From Saprospira sp. CCB-QB6 (GTDB lineage: Bacteria > Bacteroidota > Bacteroidia > Chitinophagales > Saprospiraceae): a DNA stretch of 64,000 nucleotides. The notes beneath the pieces are model-generated. The model searched no databases, was not told where the DNA came from, and saw only the letters and a program-made list of their open reading frames with translations. The DNA is taken from assembly GCF_028464065.1 (NCBI RefSeq), contig NZ_CP116808.1, positions 1,071,886-1,135,885 of the forward strand. Direction: 5' to 3'. Within the stretch, counting starts at the first letter, position 1; each line of letters begins with the position of its first letter. The position numbers and the translations under genes were made by a program. Positions 1 to 8,511 of this stretch are shown one piece after another.

Positions 1-531
1 TGATTTATCATTACCAACTGCTAGTTTATAAAGATATTCAATCAACTTTTGGAATAGTATCATATATTCCCCCAATAATGCTGCATTCAGACTATTCGAA
101 TTAGTTGAATCAGAAAAGGCTAAATGAATAACTGTTGACTCACTCTCTATAGACTCCTTAATCAGCTGGCTACCTTCTACTACCCAAGACTCTTCTTCTA
201 TAAAAAAACCTTCATCAGGTAAATATGATTCAGGTATCATATCCCAGCCATGTCTAGTAGCTGAAAAATTATGTAGGTTTTCTTCTTCGCAAATTACATC
301 ATACCACTCTTTAACTTCAGGTTTCTCAAAAATAATTCTTAAATCAAGTTCTCCTTGTAATAATTTTATATAACGTTCATTAGAAATTTTAATCCCTAGA
401 TATTTTATCTCAGGAGATTCTTCTATGATCATGCATATATACTTACTTTGAAAAAGATCTTTAGCAGTAAAGACCTGTGGAACATCATAGTATACAAGCA
501 CATCTAATATTTTCAAATACAGCAAGCTCAT
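1..531 (-). CDS. Hypothetical acidic protein, 5'-partial at the window edge; its ATG (531-529) overlaps the TGA stop of the upstream ORF (ATGA overlap).
   Basis: Hand translation of the minus strand gives an uninterrupted frame from the window start to 531 (MSLLYLKILDVLVYYDVPQVF...IEEESWVVEGSQLIKESIESE...). The region is AT-rich. The next in-frame stop is at 547-549. Confidence 0.45.
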   Translation of the reverse strand, partial: MSLLYLKILDVLVYYDVPQVFTAKDLFQSKYICMIIEESPEIKYLGIKISNERYIKLLQGELDLRIIFEKPEVKEWYDVICEEENLHNFSATRHGWDMIPESYLPDEGFFIEEESWVVEGSQLIKESIESESTVIHLAFSDSTNSNSLNAALLGEYMILFQKLIEYLYKLAVGNDKS

Positions 532-926
532 AATACTTTTGAAGATTCAATGTTAAAAAGAGTACTCATCCACCATGAGTGATGTTCTTTATATCTTCCA
601 GTTTGTTTAATTAAACCATCTTTTGGAAAAAGTTCTACACTAAATACTACCTTTTTTTTATGTGCAGGTAGTTTTTTAAGATTATCACATCTGAATTTCT
701 CACTAAAAACTGATAAAGAACAAGCTATACACTCTGTTGTATTGAATTTCTTATTAGGAAACAATTTTCGATGCGAGAAAAAATCTTTTTCCACTATCGA
801 ACTAGAATGACCTAGTCTATAAAAAGTTTTTCCATTAACAGCATTAGCATCAGGGGGCGGGCAATCTTCAGGTAATTTTTCTTTGTAACTCATTATCAAT
901 GCATTTAATTTATCAGTTAATTCCAA
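528..926 (-). CDS. Hypothetical protein, 132 aa, basic and Cys-containing.
   Basis: ORF from the track in AT-rich DNA. No recognisable domain. Translationally coupled to the downstream ORF. Confidence 0.5.
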   Translation of the reverse strand: MELTDKLNALIMSYKEKLPEDCPPPDANAVNGKTFYRLGHSSSIVEKDFFSHRKLFPNKKFNTTECIACSLSVFSEKFRCDNLKKLPAHKKKVVFSVELFPKDGLIKQTGRYKEHHSWWMSTLFNIESSKVL

Positions 927-995
927 AAATTACAACTTAGGACAATTACAACCAAATTTTTTTTCAAAAAACGAGTCTCCACAAAAGGATCCTCC

Positions 996-1535
996 CTAAA
1001 ACCTTTTACTTCCCCCATAACAAAGGCAATCTTCATACTCTGGATAGTCTTTTAGCTTAGGGTGCTTAAACTCCCCCAACTTTTGTAGGCCAATTTTTTT
1101 CATGACTTGCTCGGACTTTTGGTTGTCTAGGGTGCAAACGGCAATCAGCTGCTCTATTTCTAGCTCCTCAAAGGCAAATTCCAGGCATTTTTTGGCCCCT
1201 TCTGTCGCAAAGCCCTGCCCCCAGGCCGCTTTTTTCAAGCGCCAACCAATATCTACCGCAGGTGTGTAGACGCTCTCATAATCCTGATAGGCTAAGCCGA
1301 TGAAGCCTATAAACTCTCCGCTCTCTAAAATGTCCGTGGCAAAATAACAGTAGCCATATTTCTCCTGATGCGCCTGTAGCCGCCGCAGAAAGGCCGCCGT
1401 TTCTTCTTCTGTTAGCGGACTGGGAAAATGTGCCATGACCTCTATATCGGCATTCATTTTTGCAAATTCAGGCAGATCGGCAGCGGTCCAAGCACGAAAG
1501 CCCAAGCGGGCAGAGCGAAAAAGATAGTTTTTCAT
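996..1535 (-). CDS. GNAT family N-acetyltransferase (RimJ/RimL-like).
   Basis: 179 aa with a GNAT-like core (IGFIGL...WGQGFATEG) and the typical length. Confidence 0.8.
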   Translation of the reverse strand: MKNYLFRSARLGFRAWTAADLPEFAKMNADIEVMAHFPSPLTEEETAAFLRRLQAHQEKYGYCYFATDILESGEFIGFIGLAYQDYESVYTPAVDIGWRLKKAAWGQGFATEGAKKCLEFAFEELEIEQLIAVCTLDNQKSEQVMKKIGLQKLGEFKHPKLKDYPEYEDCLCYGGSKRF

Positions 1536-1580
1536 TTTGATTGTTTTTATTGGTCCAAGATAGGGTTTAAAATTTTGTGT

Positions 1581-1905
1581 CTGCGCCTTTCTTGCGGCCT
1601 AGGGACATATATCTCCTCATCTATTATCTCTGCGCCTAGGGACAAGCCCCTAGGCTAGCTTTTTTAGACAGCCCTCTAAAGAGGGCCTTTGGATAAGGAC
1701 CTGCTCTGCAATAACCCCTTAGCTAAACTTAGGTAAGCTAGTTGACAGAGATCAAGGCCTTTAGGCGATTTAGCAGGCGGCGAAGCCGCCGCAGGCCTAG
1801 CGATGTGCAGCAGTGCGGCGCAGCCGCAGACCAAGGCCGTCAGGCCGCAGGGCCGAGCGAATAGCGAGCTGCGAAACGTAGCGCCCGCCGAAGGCGGGAG
1901 GCCCC
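1581..1905. repeat. Composite GC-rich intergenic repeat: a family B fragment (gcctagggacaagcccctaggc) plus a family A core.
   Basis: Segment 1631-1720 is nearly identical to 40108-40195. The GC-rich core recurs at about 20 loci. Confidence 0.8.
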
Positions 1906-1969
1906 AAAAAACAAAAAAGGAGCAGTAAAAAATTACTACTCCTTTTGCTATGCTATTAGGCCCAAAACA

Positions 1970-2791
1970 TTAGATAAAGAGGTCGGGCATCAATTTTTGG
2001 CTGCTATCTACGGCATATTGGCTAAGATCCTGAACGCCTTCGAACATCAAGACTTCATCATCGAGGAAGAAGTTGCCCGTACATTCTGCGGCGGGGCGTT
2101 GCAAGATGAAATAAGCGGCATCGGCCACGATTTCGGGCGTGCGGCTTTGGCTGACCATAGCCTCTCCGCCCAAAAGATTGCGCACGGCAGCTGTGGCGAT
2201 GGTGGTTCTGGGCCAAAGAGCATTCACGGCAATTTTGTCATCCTTAAACTCTTCTGACATGCCCAAAACGCACATACTCATGCCGTATTTGGTCATGGTA
2301 TAGGCCACGTGATTCGCGAACCATTTGGGGTCCATATTCAAGGGTGGCGATAGGTTGAGAATATGGCCATTTGCTGATTTTTTGAGGTGGGGCAAGCAAG
2401 TTTTGCTGACCAAAAAGGTTCCTCTCACATTCACGGAGTGCATCAAGTCATAGCGTTTGAGGCTAGTGTGCTCCGTGGGCGTTAGGCTGATTGCGCTGGC
2501 GTTATTGATGAGGATATCGATGCCACCAAACTCGGCCACCGCCTTATCTACGGCTTCTTGGACCAGCTCCTCGCTGCGTACATCTAGATAAACGGCTAGG
2601 CCTTTTCCGCCAGCGGCCGTCATTTCTTCGGCGGCGGTATAAATGGTTCCCTCTAATTTGGGGTGGGGTTCTGTAGTTTTGGCTGCTACAACGATGTTGG
2701 CGCCTTCTTTGGCCAAGCGGAGGCCAATTGCTTTGCCGATTCCTCGGCTACCGCCTGTAATGAAGACGGTTTTATTCTTAAAATAACTCAT
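1970..2791 (-). CDS. SDR family oxidoreductase, HSDL2-like (hydroxysteroid dehydrogenase-like 2 N-terminal domain).
   Basis: TGGSRGIGKAIG Rossmann motif with strong colinearity to the HSDL2 SDR domain (AAKTTEPHPKLEGTIYTAAEE...NNASAISL...WPRTTIATAA). Start moved to the internal ATG (MSYFKNKTVFITGG) rather than the ORF-track start at 2884. Confidence 0.85.
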   Translation of the reverse strand: MSYFKNKTVFITGGSRGIGKAIGLRLAKEGANIVVAAKTTEPHPKLEGTIYTAAEEMTAAGGKGLAVYLDVRSEELVQEAVDKAVAEFGGIDILINNASAISLTPTEHTSLKRYDLMHSVNVRGTFLVSKTCLPHLKKSANGHILNLSPPLNMDPKWFANHVAYTMTKYGMSMCVLGMSEEFKDDKIAVNALWPRTTIATAAVRNLLGGEAMVSQSRTPEIVADAAYFILQRPAAECTGNFFLDDEVLMFEGVQDLSQYAVDSSQKLMPDLFI

Positions 2792-2892
2792 TCGAATTGA
2801 TTTATTGGTGTTGCTCTTGCTGAGCGGCTTGAATTTGACCATTTTTTGGCAGTTCACAAAATATTGATTGGCCTTTTTGCGCAAAGCAAAGC

Positions 2893-3624
2893 TTAGTCTT
2901 TGAGGATTCGGAACTTCATCCAGATATCTTCTTGAGGGCGGCTATATTGGTCTTTGGCTTGAGCGGCAATGCTATCAATGATGTTGAGGCCTTCATAGAC
3001 CCGCCCAAAGACCGTATAATTCATATCTAATTGGGGGCTGCCGCCTAAATATTTGTAACGTTCTCGGTTGGCGGGGCTATAAACCATATCAAATTTGCGC
3101 TCATTTTGGTCCAGTTGCTCCATCCGAACTTGGCTGCCTTGCACAATATAAAACTGGCTGGCCGAAGACTTTTTTTCGGGATTGAGCTCATCGCCTTGGC
3201 GAGCCGCAGCCAAAGCCCCTTTTATATGGGGATATTGCGGAAGGATTTCAGCCTTTAACAATTGGCCATTGCCGCCCCAGCCCAAACGTTGCCCTTTTTG
3301 GGCTTGTCTAGAACTGGGATCTCCCCCTTGAATCATAAAGCCTTCGATCACGCGATGGAAAAGCAGGCTATCGTAAAAATTTTGGCGAATCAACTGCAGC
3401 ATATTTTCTCTATGGCCGCTGGGCTCAAAATAGAGTTCGATCTTCATCTCGCCATAAGGCGTTTCTAGAGCCACTAGAGAAGAGAAAGGGTCAGGGGCTG
3501 GAATGAGCAAGCTGCTATCTATCGCAGCAACCTTAGGGCTAGAGCGGTCCTCAATCTCTAAAGGGCGATGGCAGGCACAAAAAAGCAAGAGGAGGAGGCT
3601 AAGCGGGTATAGTTTCTGTATCAT
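2893..3624 (-). CDS. Peptidyl-prolyl cis-trans isomerase, cyclophilin type, secreted/lipoprotein.
   Basis: FHRVIEGFMIQGGDP cyclophilin signature with an N-terminal signal peptide. Confidence 0.85.
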   Translation of the reverse strand: MIQKLYPLSLLLLLFCACHRPLEIEDRSSPKVAAIDSSLLIPAPDPFSSLVALETPYGEMKIELYFEPSGHRENMLQLIRQNFYDSLLFHRVIEGFMIQGGDPSSRQAQKGQRLGWGGNGQLLKAEILPQYPHIKGALAAARQGDELNPEKKSSASQFYIVQGSQVRMEQLDQNERKFDMVYSPANRERYKYLGGSPQLDMNYTVFGRVYEGLNIIDSIAAQAKDQYSRPQEDIWMKFRILKD

Positions 3625-3658
3625 TAACGGTATTTTGGCCCTAAAATACTAAAGGCAA

Positions 3659-4039
3659 ATGCAAAGCAAATTATTTCTATTTAGCTTTTTTCTATCTCTT
3701 CCGTTTTCGCTGCTGGCCCAGAGCATCCAGCTGGTGGATGGTCCGGCGCCCGAACAGCCCTATGCGGAATTAGTGGCTGAAAGCTGGGATGAGCAAGGCG
3801 CCAATTTTGAGATCTTGATTGAAAACAAAGGAAAGGCGATGCTACAAATTGATAGCATCGCCCTAAGTTGCGATTGTTTGACCTTGCGGCCCTATCATCA
3901 GATTCCTCTTCCTCAAGATGGCCGCCGCCGCTTTTTTATTCAGTATAAAGGTCCAAAAAAGCCTTTTGATTTGATGGCTATCATATATAGTAATGCGGAA
4001 AATCATCCCGCTTATTGGTTGCGCCTAAAACAGGATTAG
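3659..4039 (+). CDS. Hypothetical secreted protein (DUF1573-like size and architecture).
   Basis: Signal peptide ending ...LLAQ. 126 aa. Confidence 0.5.
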   Translation: MQSKLFLFSFFLSLPFSLLAQSIQLVDGPAPEQPYAELVAESWDEQGANFEILIENKGKAMLQIDSIALSCDCLTLRPYHQIPLPQDGRRRFFIQYKGPKKPFDLMAIIYSNAENHPAYWLRLKQD

Positions 4040-5187
4040 TCCAAAGCCTCTTTGGGATAAACCGAACGCTGAATTACCTTCTCATAGTAGGCCTCATATT
4101 GGGGCAAAATATTTTCCATAGAAAACTTTTTGGCATGTTCTAGAGCCGCTTTCTGAAATGCTTGGTGCAAGGCTTCATCTTTAAGCAATTTGAGCGCATT
4201 GGCCGCCATTTCATCCACCTCCCCTAGTTCTGAACAAAAGCCCGTCACGCCATGCAGATTCACCTCGGGCAAGCCCCCCACATTAGTCGAAATCACGGGC
4301 ACCTCACAGGCCATAGCTTCTAGGGCCGAAAGCCCAAAACTCTCACTAGCCGAAGGCATAATAAAGAGATCAGAAACGGCCAAAAGCTCTTCCACGGCAT
4401 CTTGTTTACCCAAAAAGCGAATGTCTGCACAAAGGCCCAACTCTCTACACAACTGCTCCAATTTTTGCCGCTCTGGACCATCCCCCACCAAAAGTAGTTT
4501 AGCAGGTAATTCGGCCCGAACCTGCGCAAAAATCTTGATCACATCTTCTACCCGCTTCACTTTGCGGAAATTCGAGATATGAATCAAAATCTTCTCGCCA
4601 TGTGGGGCAATAGCTTTGCGAAAATGCTCTTTATTCGAGCGTTTAAAGCGATCAAAGTCAATAAAATTATAGATGACTTCAATATCTTGTTCTATCTCAA
4701 AATTCGCATAGGTATCCTGCCGCAAACTATCCGATACCGCCGTTACCCCATCCGATTTATTGATCGCAAAACTCACCACAGGCGCATAAACAGGTTGTTT
4801 GCCCACCAGCGTAATATCAGTCCCATGCAAGGTAGTCACAGTCGGAATATAAATCCCTTCTTGCAGCAATATTTTCTTGGCCATATAAGCCACCGAAGCA
4901 TGCGGCACCGCATAATGCACATGCAAAACATCCAACTCATCATATTTGACCACATCCACTAACTTAGAGGCCAAAGCCGTCTCATAAGGCGGATAATCAA
5001 AAAGCGGATAATCAGCAAAGCGGACCTCATTATAGACGATATTCTCATGAAATCCATCTAAGCGAGCCGGCGGCGCATAAGTAATAAAATGAACTTTATG
5101 GCCTTTATCGGCTAGCCCCTTGCCCAATTCTGTGGCAACCACACCGCTACCTCCATAGGTAGGATAACAAACTATTCCTATTTTCAT
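4036..5187 (-). CDS. bshA: N-acetyl-alpha-D-glucosaminyl L-malate synthase (GT4), bacillithiol biosynthesis.
   Basis: Near-colinear with Bacillus BshA (MKIGIVCYPTYGGSGVVATELGK...HVHYAVPHA...ILIHISNFRKVKRV...LLLVGDGPE...). Confidence 0.8.
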   Translation of the reverse strand: MKIGIVCYPTYGGSGVVATELGKGLADKGHKVHFITYAPPARLDGFHENIVYNEVRFADYPLFDYPPYETALASKLVDVVKYDELDVLHVHYAVPHASVAYMAKKILLQEGIYIPTVTTLHGTDITLVGKQPVYAPVVSFAINKSDGVTAVSDSLRQDTYANFEIEQDIEVIYNFIDFDRFKRSNKEHFRKAIAPHGEKILIHISNFRKVKRVEDVIKIFAQVRAELPAKLLLVGDGPERQKLEQLCRELGLCADIRFLGKQDAVEELLAVSDLFIMPSASESFGLSALEAMACEVPVISTNVGGLPEVNLHGVTGFCSELGEVDEMAANALKLLKDEALHQAFQKAALEHAKKFSMENILPQYEAYYEKVIQRSVYPKEALD

Positions 5188-5295
5188 AATGTCGCTTCTG
5201 TTCTGTATGCTTTGGCCTCAAGATAAGACCCGACTTATAATAATCAAAAGCCCAAAAAGGTTTTTAAGTCTTGTTTAAGCCTAAGATTGTGCATT

Positions 5296-5460
5296 TTTTG
5301 GGGCCTCCGCTGCGGCTTCGCCTTGCGGCGCTACGTTCCGCAGCTCGCTGCTCGCTCGGCCCTGCGGCGGCTTTGCCGCCTGGGTCTGGCCTGACGGCCA
5401 CTGCTGCACATCGCTAGGCCAAGGCGGCTGCGCCGCCTAAACGCAACCCTTTGGTCCCGC
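5296..5460. repeat. Family A GC-rich repeat in reverse orientation.
   Basis: ggggcctccgctgcggcttcgccttgcggcgctacg...ggccctgcggcggctttgccgcc core. Confidence 0.8.
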
Positions 5461-5482
5461 TAGCTGTTTAAACCCCAAAAAT

Positions 5483-5656
5483 ATGAAGAAAGAGCAGAGA
5501 AAAAAGCCCTGGAAAAAAGAGCAGCTTCCCTCTAAAATTTGCATACATTGCGGCCGCCCCTTCAACTGGCGGAAGAAATGGGCCAACAACTGGGAATCTG
5601 TCAAATATTGCTCTAAAGCTTGTCGTCATGGAAAAACGCCTACAACTTCAGGATAG
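5483..5656 (+). CDS. DUF2256-type small zinc-ribbon-like protein, 57 aa, below the ORF-track cutoff.
   Basis: Hand translation gives MKKEQRKKPWKKEQLPSKICIHCGRPFNWRKKWANNWESVKYCSKACRHGKTPTTSG. This carries the characteristic CxxCxRPFxWRKKW...VKYCSxxCR motif. Confidence 0.6.
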   Translation: MKKEQRKKPWKKEQLPSKICIHCGRPFNWRKKWANNWESVKYCSKACRHGKTPTTSG

Positions 5657-6074
5657 AATCATTAGCCAACAATGGGGATTTTATATCCTGCTTTTACTTT
5701 TGCTTTTGGGCGGCAGCTACCTCAGCCGCTTACTCAAAATGGGGATTTTTGGCTGGGGACTTATTGCCTTTGGACTTTGGCAACTCAGCCGCTCCTTTCA
5801 ACTCCAATTAAGATTGGACCAAGAAGAAATTATCTTGGAACGGCAGATTTTTGGCCTAAATTTCAAACGCCGACAATGCACCTTCTCTCAGTTAGAGTGT
5901 TTGGACCATGGCTGCCGCCTTCTCTTTTATCAAAAGGGCCAAAAATGCCTAGAGCTAAGCTTTGAAGAAGAGGGCCTCCGCTGGACAGAAAAAGGCTATC
6001 AAAGTTTGTTGGCCCGCCCAAAAATAGGACAGGCGCTCTGGAGTAAAATTATGCTGCATTATGGCTTTCTCTAA
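5628..6074 (+). CDS. Hypothetical membrane protein (two TM helices plus a cytoplasmic domain).
   Basis: 148 aa ORF with a poly-Leu TM helix. Overlaps the preceding small gene by 29 nt; an internal Met at 5739 is an alternative start. Confidence 0.45.
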   Translation: MEKRLQLQDRIISQQWGFYILLLLLLLGGSYLSRLLKMGIFGWGLIAFGLWQLSRSFQLQLRLDQEEIILERQIFGLNFKRRQCTFSQLECLDHGCRLLFYQKGQKCLELSFEEEGLRWTEKGYQSLLARPKIGQALWSKIMLHYGFL

Positions 6075-6080
6075 AAATGG

Positions 6081-6195
6081 CCGAAGCGCAGAGCTTTCAT
6101 TTGGCCTAGCGATGCGGCGGGGTGGCCCGCAGGGCCGAGCGAGCAGCGAGCCCCAAAGCATAGCGCCGCAAGGCGAAGCCGCAGCGGAGGCCCCC
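6081..6195. repeat. Family A GC-rich repeat.
   Basis: ggcctagcgatgcggcggggtggcccgcagggccgagcgagcagcgagcc...gcaaggcgaagccgcagcggaggccc. Confidence 0.8.
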
Positions 6196-6354
6196 AAAAA
6201 TTAGTGCTGATATTGAAACTTAACATTTTCTTGAAACAGCATAAGCTATATTATAGCTAGGAAAAAGCGACCTTTGGCAGCAATTTAAGCCTTTAAGTTG
6301 GTTCTTCTTGGACCAAAAAAAGGATTTCATCGAATCAATTTACTTGCAGAACCT

Positions 6355-7842
6355 ATGGATATCAAAACCACTGCTGCCCCTTTTGAGGAGCATTTGAGCA
6401 AATGGCGCGAAAATGAAAAAACGGCTTTAGAACTTCAGCGTTTAGTTGGAGAACTTCGCTTTGATCGCTCCATTGAGATTGTCCTTTTCCGTCGAGATAT
6501 TTATGATAGTCGCCCCAGTCAAATTATTAACGACCACCTTTTTGCCAAAAACTACGTAAAGAAGCCGATTACAGCTCAGATGAGTTTGGCGATTACGGAG
6601 GCGATTGCCAAATTGGATCTAGCTCCGTCTAAGATTGACATTGGAAAATTGGCTACTCAATGGCTAAGTTTAGAGCAAAACGAAGGGCTAAGTCTAGAAG
6701 ATTTTGTAGCGGATCAGCTAAAAGATTTTGTAGGTCAGGCGGCTAAAGATGCTCAAAATGTTAGCCCTAAAGATGTGGTTGTTTACGGTTTTGGTCGCAT
6801 TGGTCGTTTGGCAGTTCGCATTCTTACTGAAATGATGGGGCGTGGAGAGCAGCTTCGTCTTCGTGCTATTGTATTGCGTCCTCGTAAAGGAGGTGATTTG
6901 GTAGCAGAATTGAACAAGCGTGCTTCTCTTTTGCGCAAAGATTCTGTGCATGGCAAATTGAGAGGAACCGTACAGGTTTTGCATGAGGAAAATCAGTTAA
7001 TTATCAATAGCTGTAAGGTACAGATTATCTATGCGGGACAGCCCGAAGATATTGACTACCGAGAGTATGGCATCAACGAGGCCCTAGTTATTGATAGTAC
7101 TGGAGCTTGGAAGGATCGTGAGGGCTTGAGCCGTCATCTTCGTCCTGGTGTTGATCGCGTTCTCTTTACTGCGCCTGCCAAAGGCATTAAAAATGTGGTT
7201 TACGGGATTAATCAAAACGATTTGGACCTTAATAGTGAGGAAGACAAAGTAGTTTGTGCGGCTTCTTGTACCACCAATGCCATTGCGCCTGTGCTCAAGG
7301 TCCTCAATGACAATTTTGGGATTGAAAAAGGCCATATGGAAACCATCCATGCTTATACGAGCTCTCAGAATTTGTTGGACAACTACCACAAAAAAGAGCG
7401 TCGTGGACGTGGAGCGGCAACCAATATGGTCATTACTTCTTCTGGAGCAAGTTCTGCCTTAAAAGAAGTATTGCCTGCTTTGACGGGTAAAATTACGGGT
7501 TCATCTGTACGCGTACCTATTCCCGATGGTTCTGTGGCGATTATGACCCTCAACTTAGACAAGGCCATCAGTCTAGATGAGCTCAATCAAGCGATGCGTC
7601 ATGCGTCTTTGCATGGTGATCTTTTTGAGCAAATTCAGTACTCTACCTCTAAAGAATTTGTTTCTGCGGATGTAATTGGTGCTCAAGCTTGTTCGGTTTA
7701 TGATGCTCCTGCCAGCAAAATTTCTGCAGATGGCAAAACCATTACCATTTATGTTTGGTATGATAACGAATATGGTTATACTCGCCAAGTGCTTCGTCTA
7801 GCCAAATATGTGAGCCAAGTACGTCGCTACCACTACTACTAG
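6355..7842 (+). CDS. gap: Glyceraldehyde-3-phosphate dehydrogenase with an N-terminal extension of about 140 aa.
   Basis: NAD-binding VVVYGFGRIGRLAVR and catalytic ASCTTNAIAP motifs. ATG at 6355 chosen over the upstream TTG at 6298 in the ORF track. Confidence 0.8.
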   Translation: MDIKTTAAPFEEHLSKWRENEKTALELQRLVGELRFDRSIEIVLFRRDIYDSRPSQIINDHLFAKNYVKKPITAQMSLAITEAIAKLDLAPSKIDIGKLATQWLSLEQNEGLSLEDFVADQLKDFVGQAAKDAQNVSPKDVVVYGFGRIGRLAVRILTEMMGRGEQLRLRAIVLRPRKGGDLVAELNKRASLLRKDSVHGKLRGTVQVLHEENQLIINSCKVQIIYAGQPEDIDYREYGINEALVIDSTGAWKDREGLSRHLRPGVDRVLFTAPAKGIKNVVYGINQNDLDLNSEEDKVVCAASCTTNAIAPVLKVLNDNFGIEKGHMETIHAYTSSQNLLDNYHKKERRGRGAATNMVITSSGASSALKEVLPALTGKITGSSVRVPIPDGSVAIMTLNLDKAISLDELNQAMRHASLHGDLFEQIQYSTSKEFVSADVIGAQACSVYDAPASKISADGKTITIYVWYDNEYGYTRQVLRLAKYVSQVRRYHYY

Positions 7843-7871
7843 GCCTAAATCTAGTAGGAAAGATATCTCAA

Positions 7872-7900
7872 GGACTGTCGAAATCGGCAGTCCTTTTTTT
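7872..7900 (+). terminator. Rho-independent terminator after gap.
   Basis: ggactg-tcgaaatcgg-cagtcc hairpin followed by TTTTTTT. Confidence 0.6.
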
Positions 7901-8025
7901 GTGCTTTAGAGCAAACTAACGTTGTAAATACTTGTAAATACAAGAACACTAAGCTAACTTAGTCATACATAACAAAACAAGCCAGATAAATACTCCCCAA
8001 TTATTCTTCATCTTAGTCCCCCAAA

Positions 8026-8511
8026 ATGATGTATCCTTATATTTTCTCTTGTTTTATCTGCCTTTGGAGTTTTCCGCTTTGGGCACAGTTGCAGCCTTTG
8101 CCTGAAGAAGGAGGGCAATTAGTTTTAGCGCATGATAGTATTTTTTATTTGGCTCCCCAAGGAAGTTATTACTATAGATCGGGTCAATTTTTCCTTTCGA
8201 ATAGTTCGATAGATAAAGGGCTCCAGTTGGAACAGCTAGCTTGGGGTGTCCAAGAGCGGTACATTTTGGCTTTGAGCCAAAATTTTCGGGCTGGCTACTG
8301 GGCCAAGGATTTGGACCAAAGCGAGGCCCTGCTCGAACAAAAAAAAGCCGAAAGCTGGCAGAGCTTTCGGCTTTTACTTCCTGCTTATGAGGATGCTTAT
8401 ATCTATAGTATATTAGAAAGGGGTAATCAGCTATACCTTTGTATATATATAGATGGGCTGCATTATCTGCAACTTATTGAGGTAGGGCTGCAGCCTCTTT
8501 CTCTAGAATAG
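8026..8511 (+). CDS. Hypothetical secreted protein.
   Basis: Signal peptide (...FPLWAQ). 3' end converges on and overlaps the FMO gene by 38 nt. Confidence 0.45.
   Translation: MMYPYIFSCFICLWSFPLWAQLQPLPEEGGQLVLAHDSIFYLAPQGSYYYRSGQFFLSNSSIDKGLQLEQLAWGVQERYILALSQNFRAGYWAKDLDQSEALLEQKKAESWQSFRLLLPAYEDAYIYSILERGNQLYLCIYIDGLHYLQLIEVGLQPLSLE

Noticed and set aside
1428-1658. 76-aa ORF antisense to and overlapping the GNAT gene and a repeat.
   Set aside because: Overlaps a well-supported gene on the opposite strand and runs into repeat sequence. No coding signal.
4190-4962. Antisense ORFs within bshA (4190-4582, 4320-4529, 4579-4962).
   Set aside because: Fully embedded in and opposite to a strongly supported gene.
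5955-6197. 80-aa minus-strand ORF.
   Set aside because: Repeat-derived at 6081-6195 and antisense to the end of the 5628-6074 ORF.
6298-6354. TTG start at 6298 for the GAPDH gene.
   Set aside because: An in-frame ATG 19 codons downstream (6355) is more plausible. There is no homology support for the extra residues.
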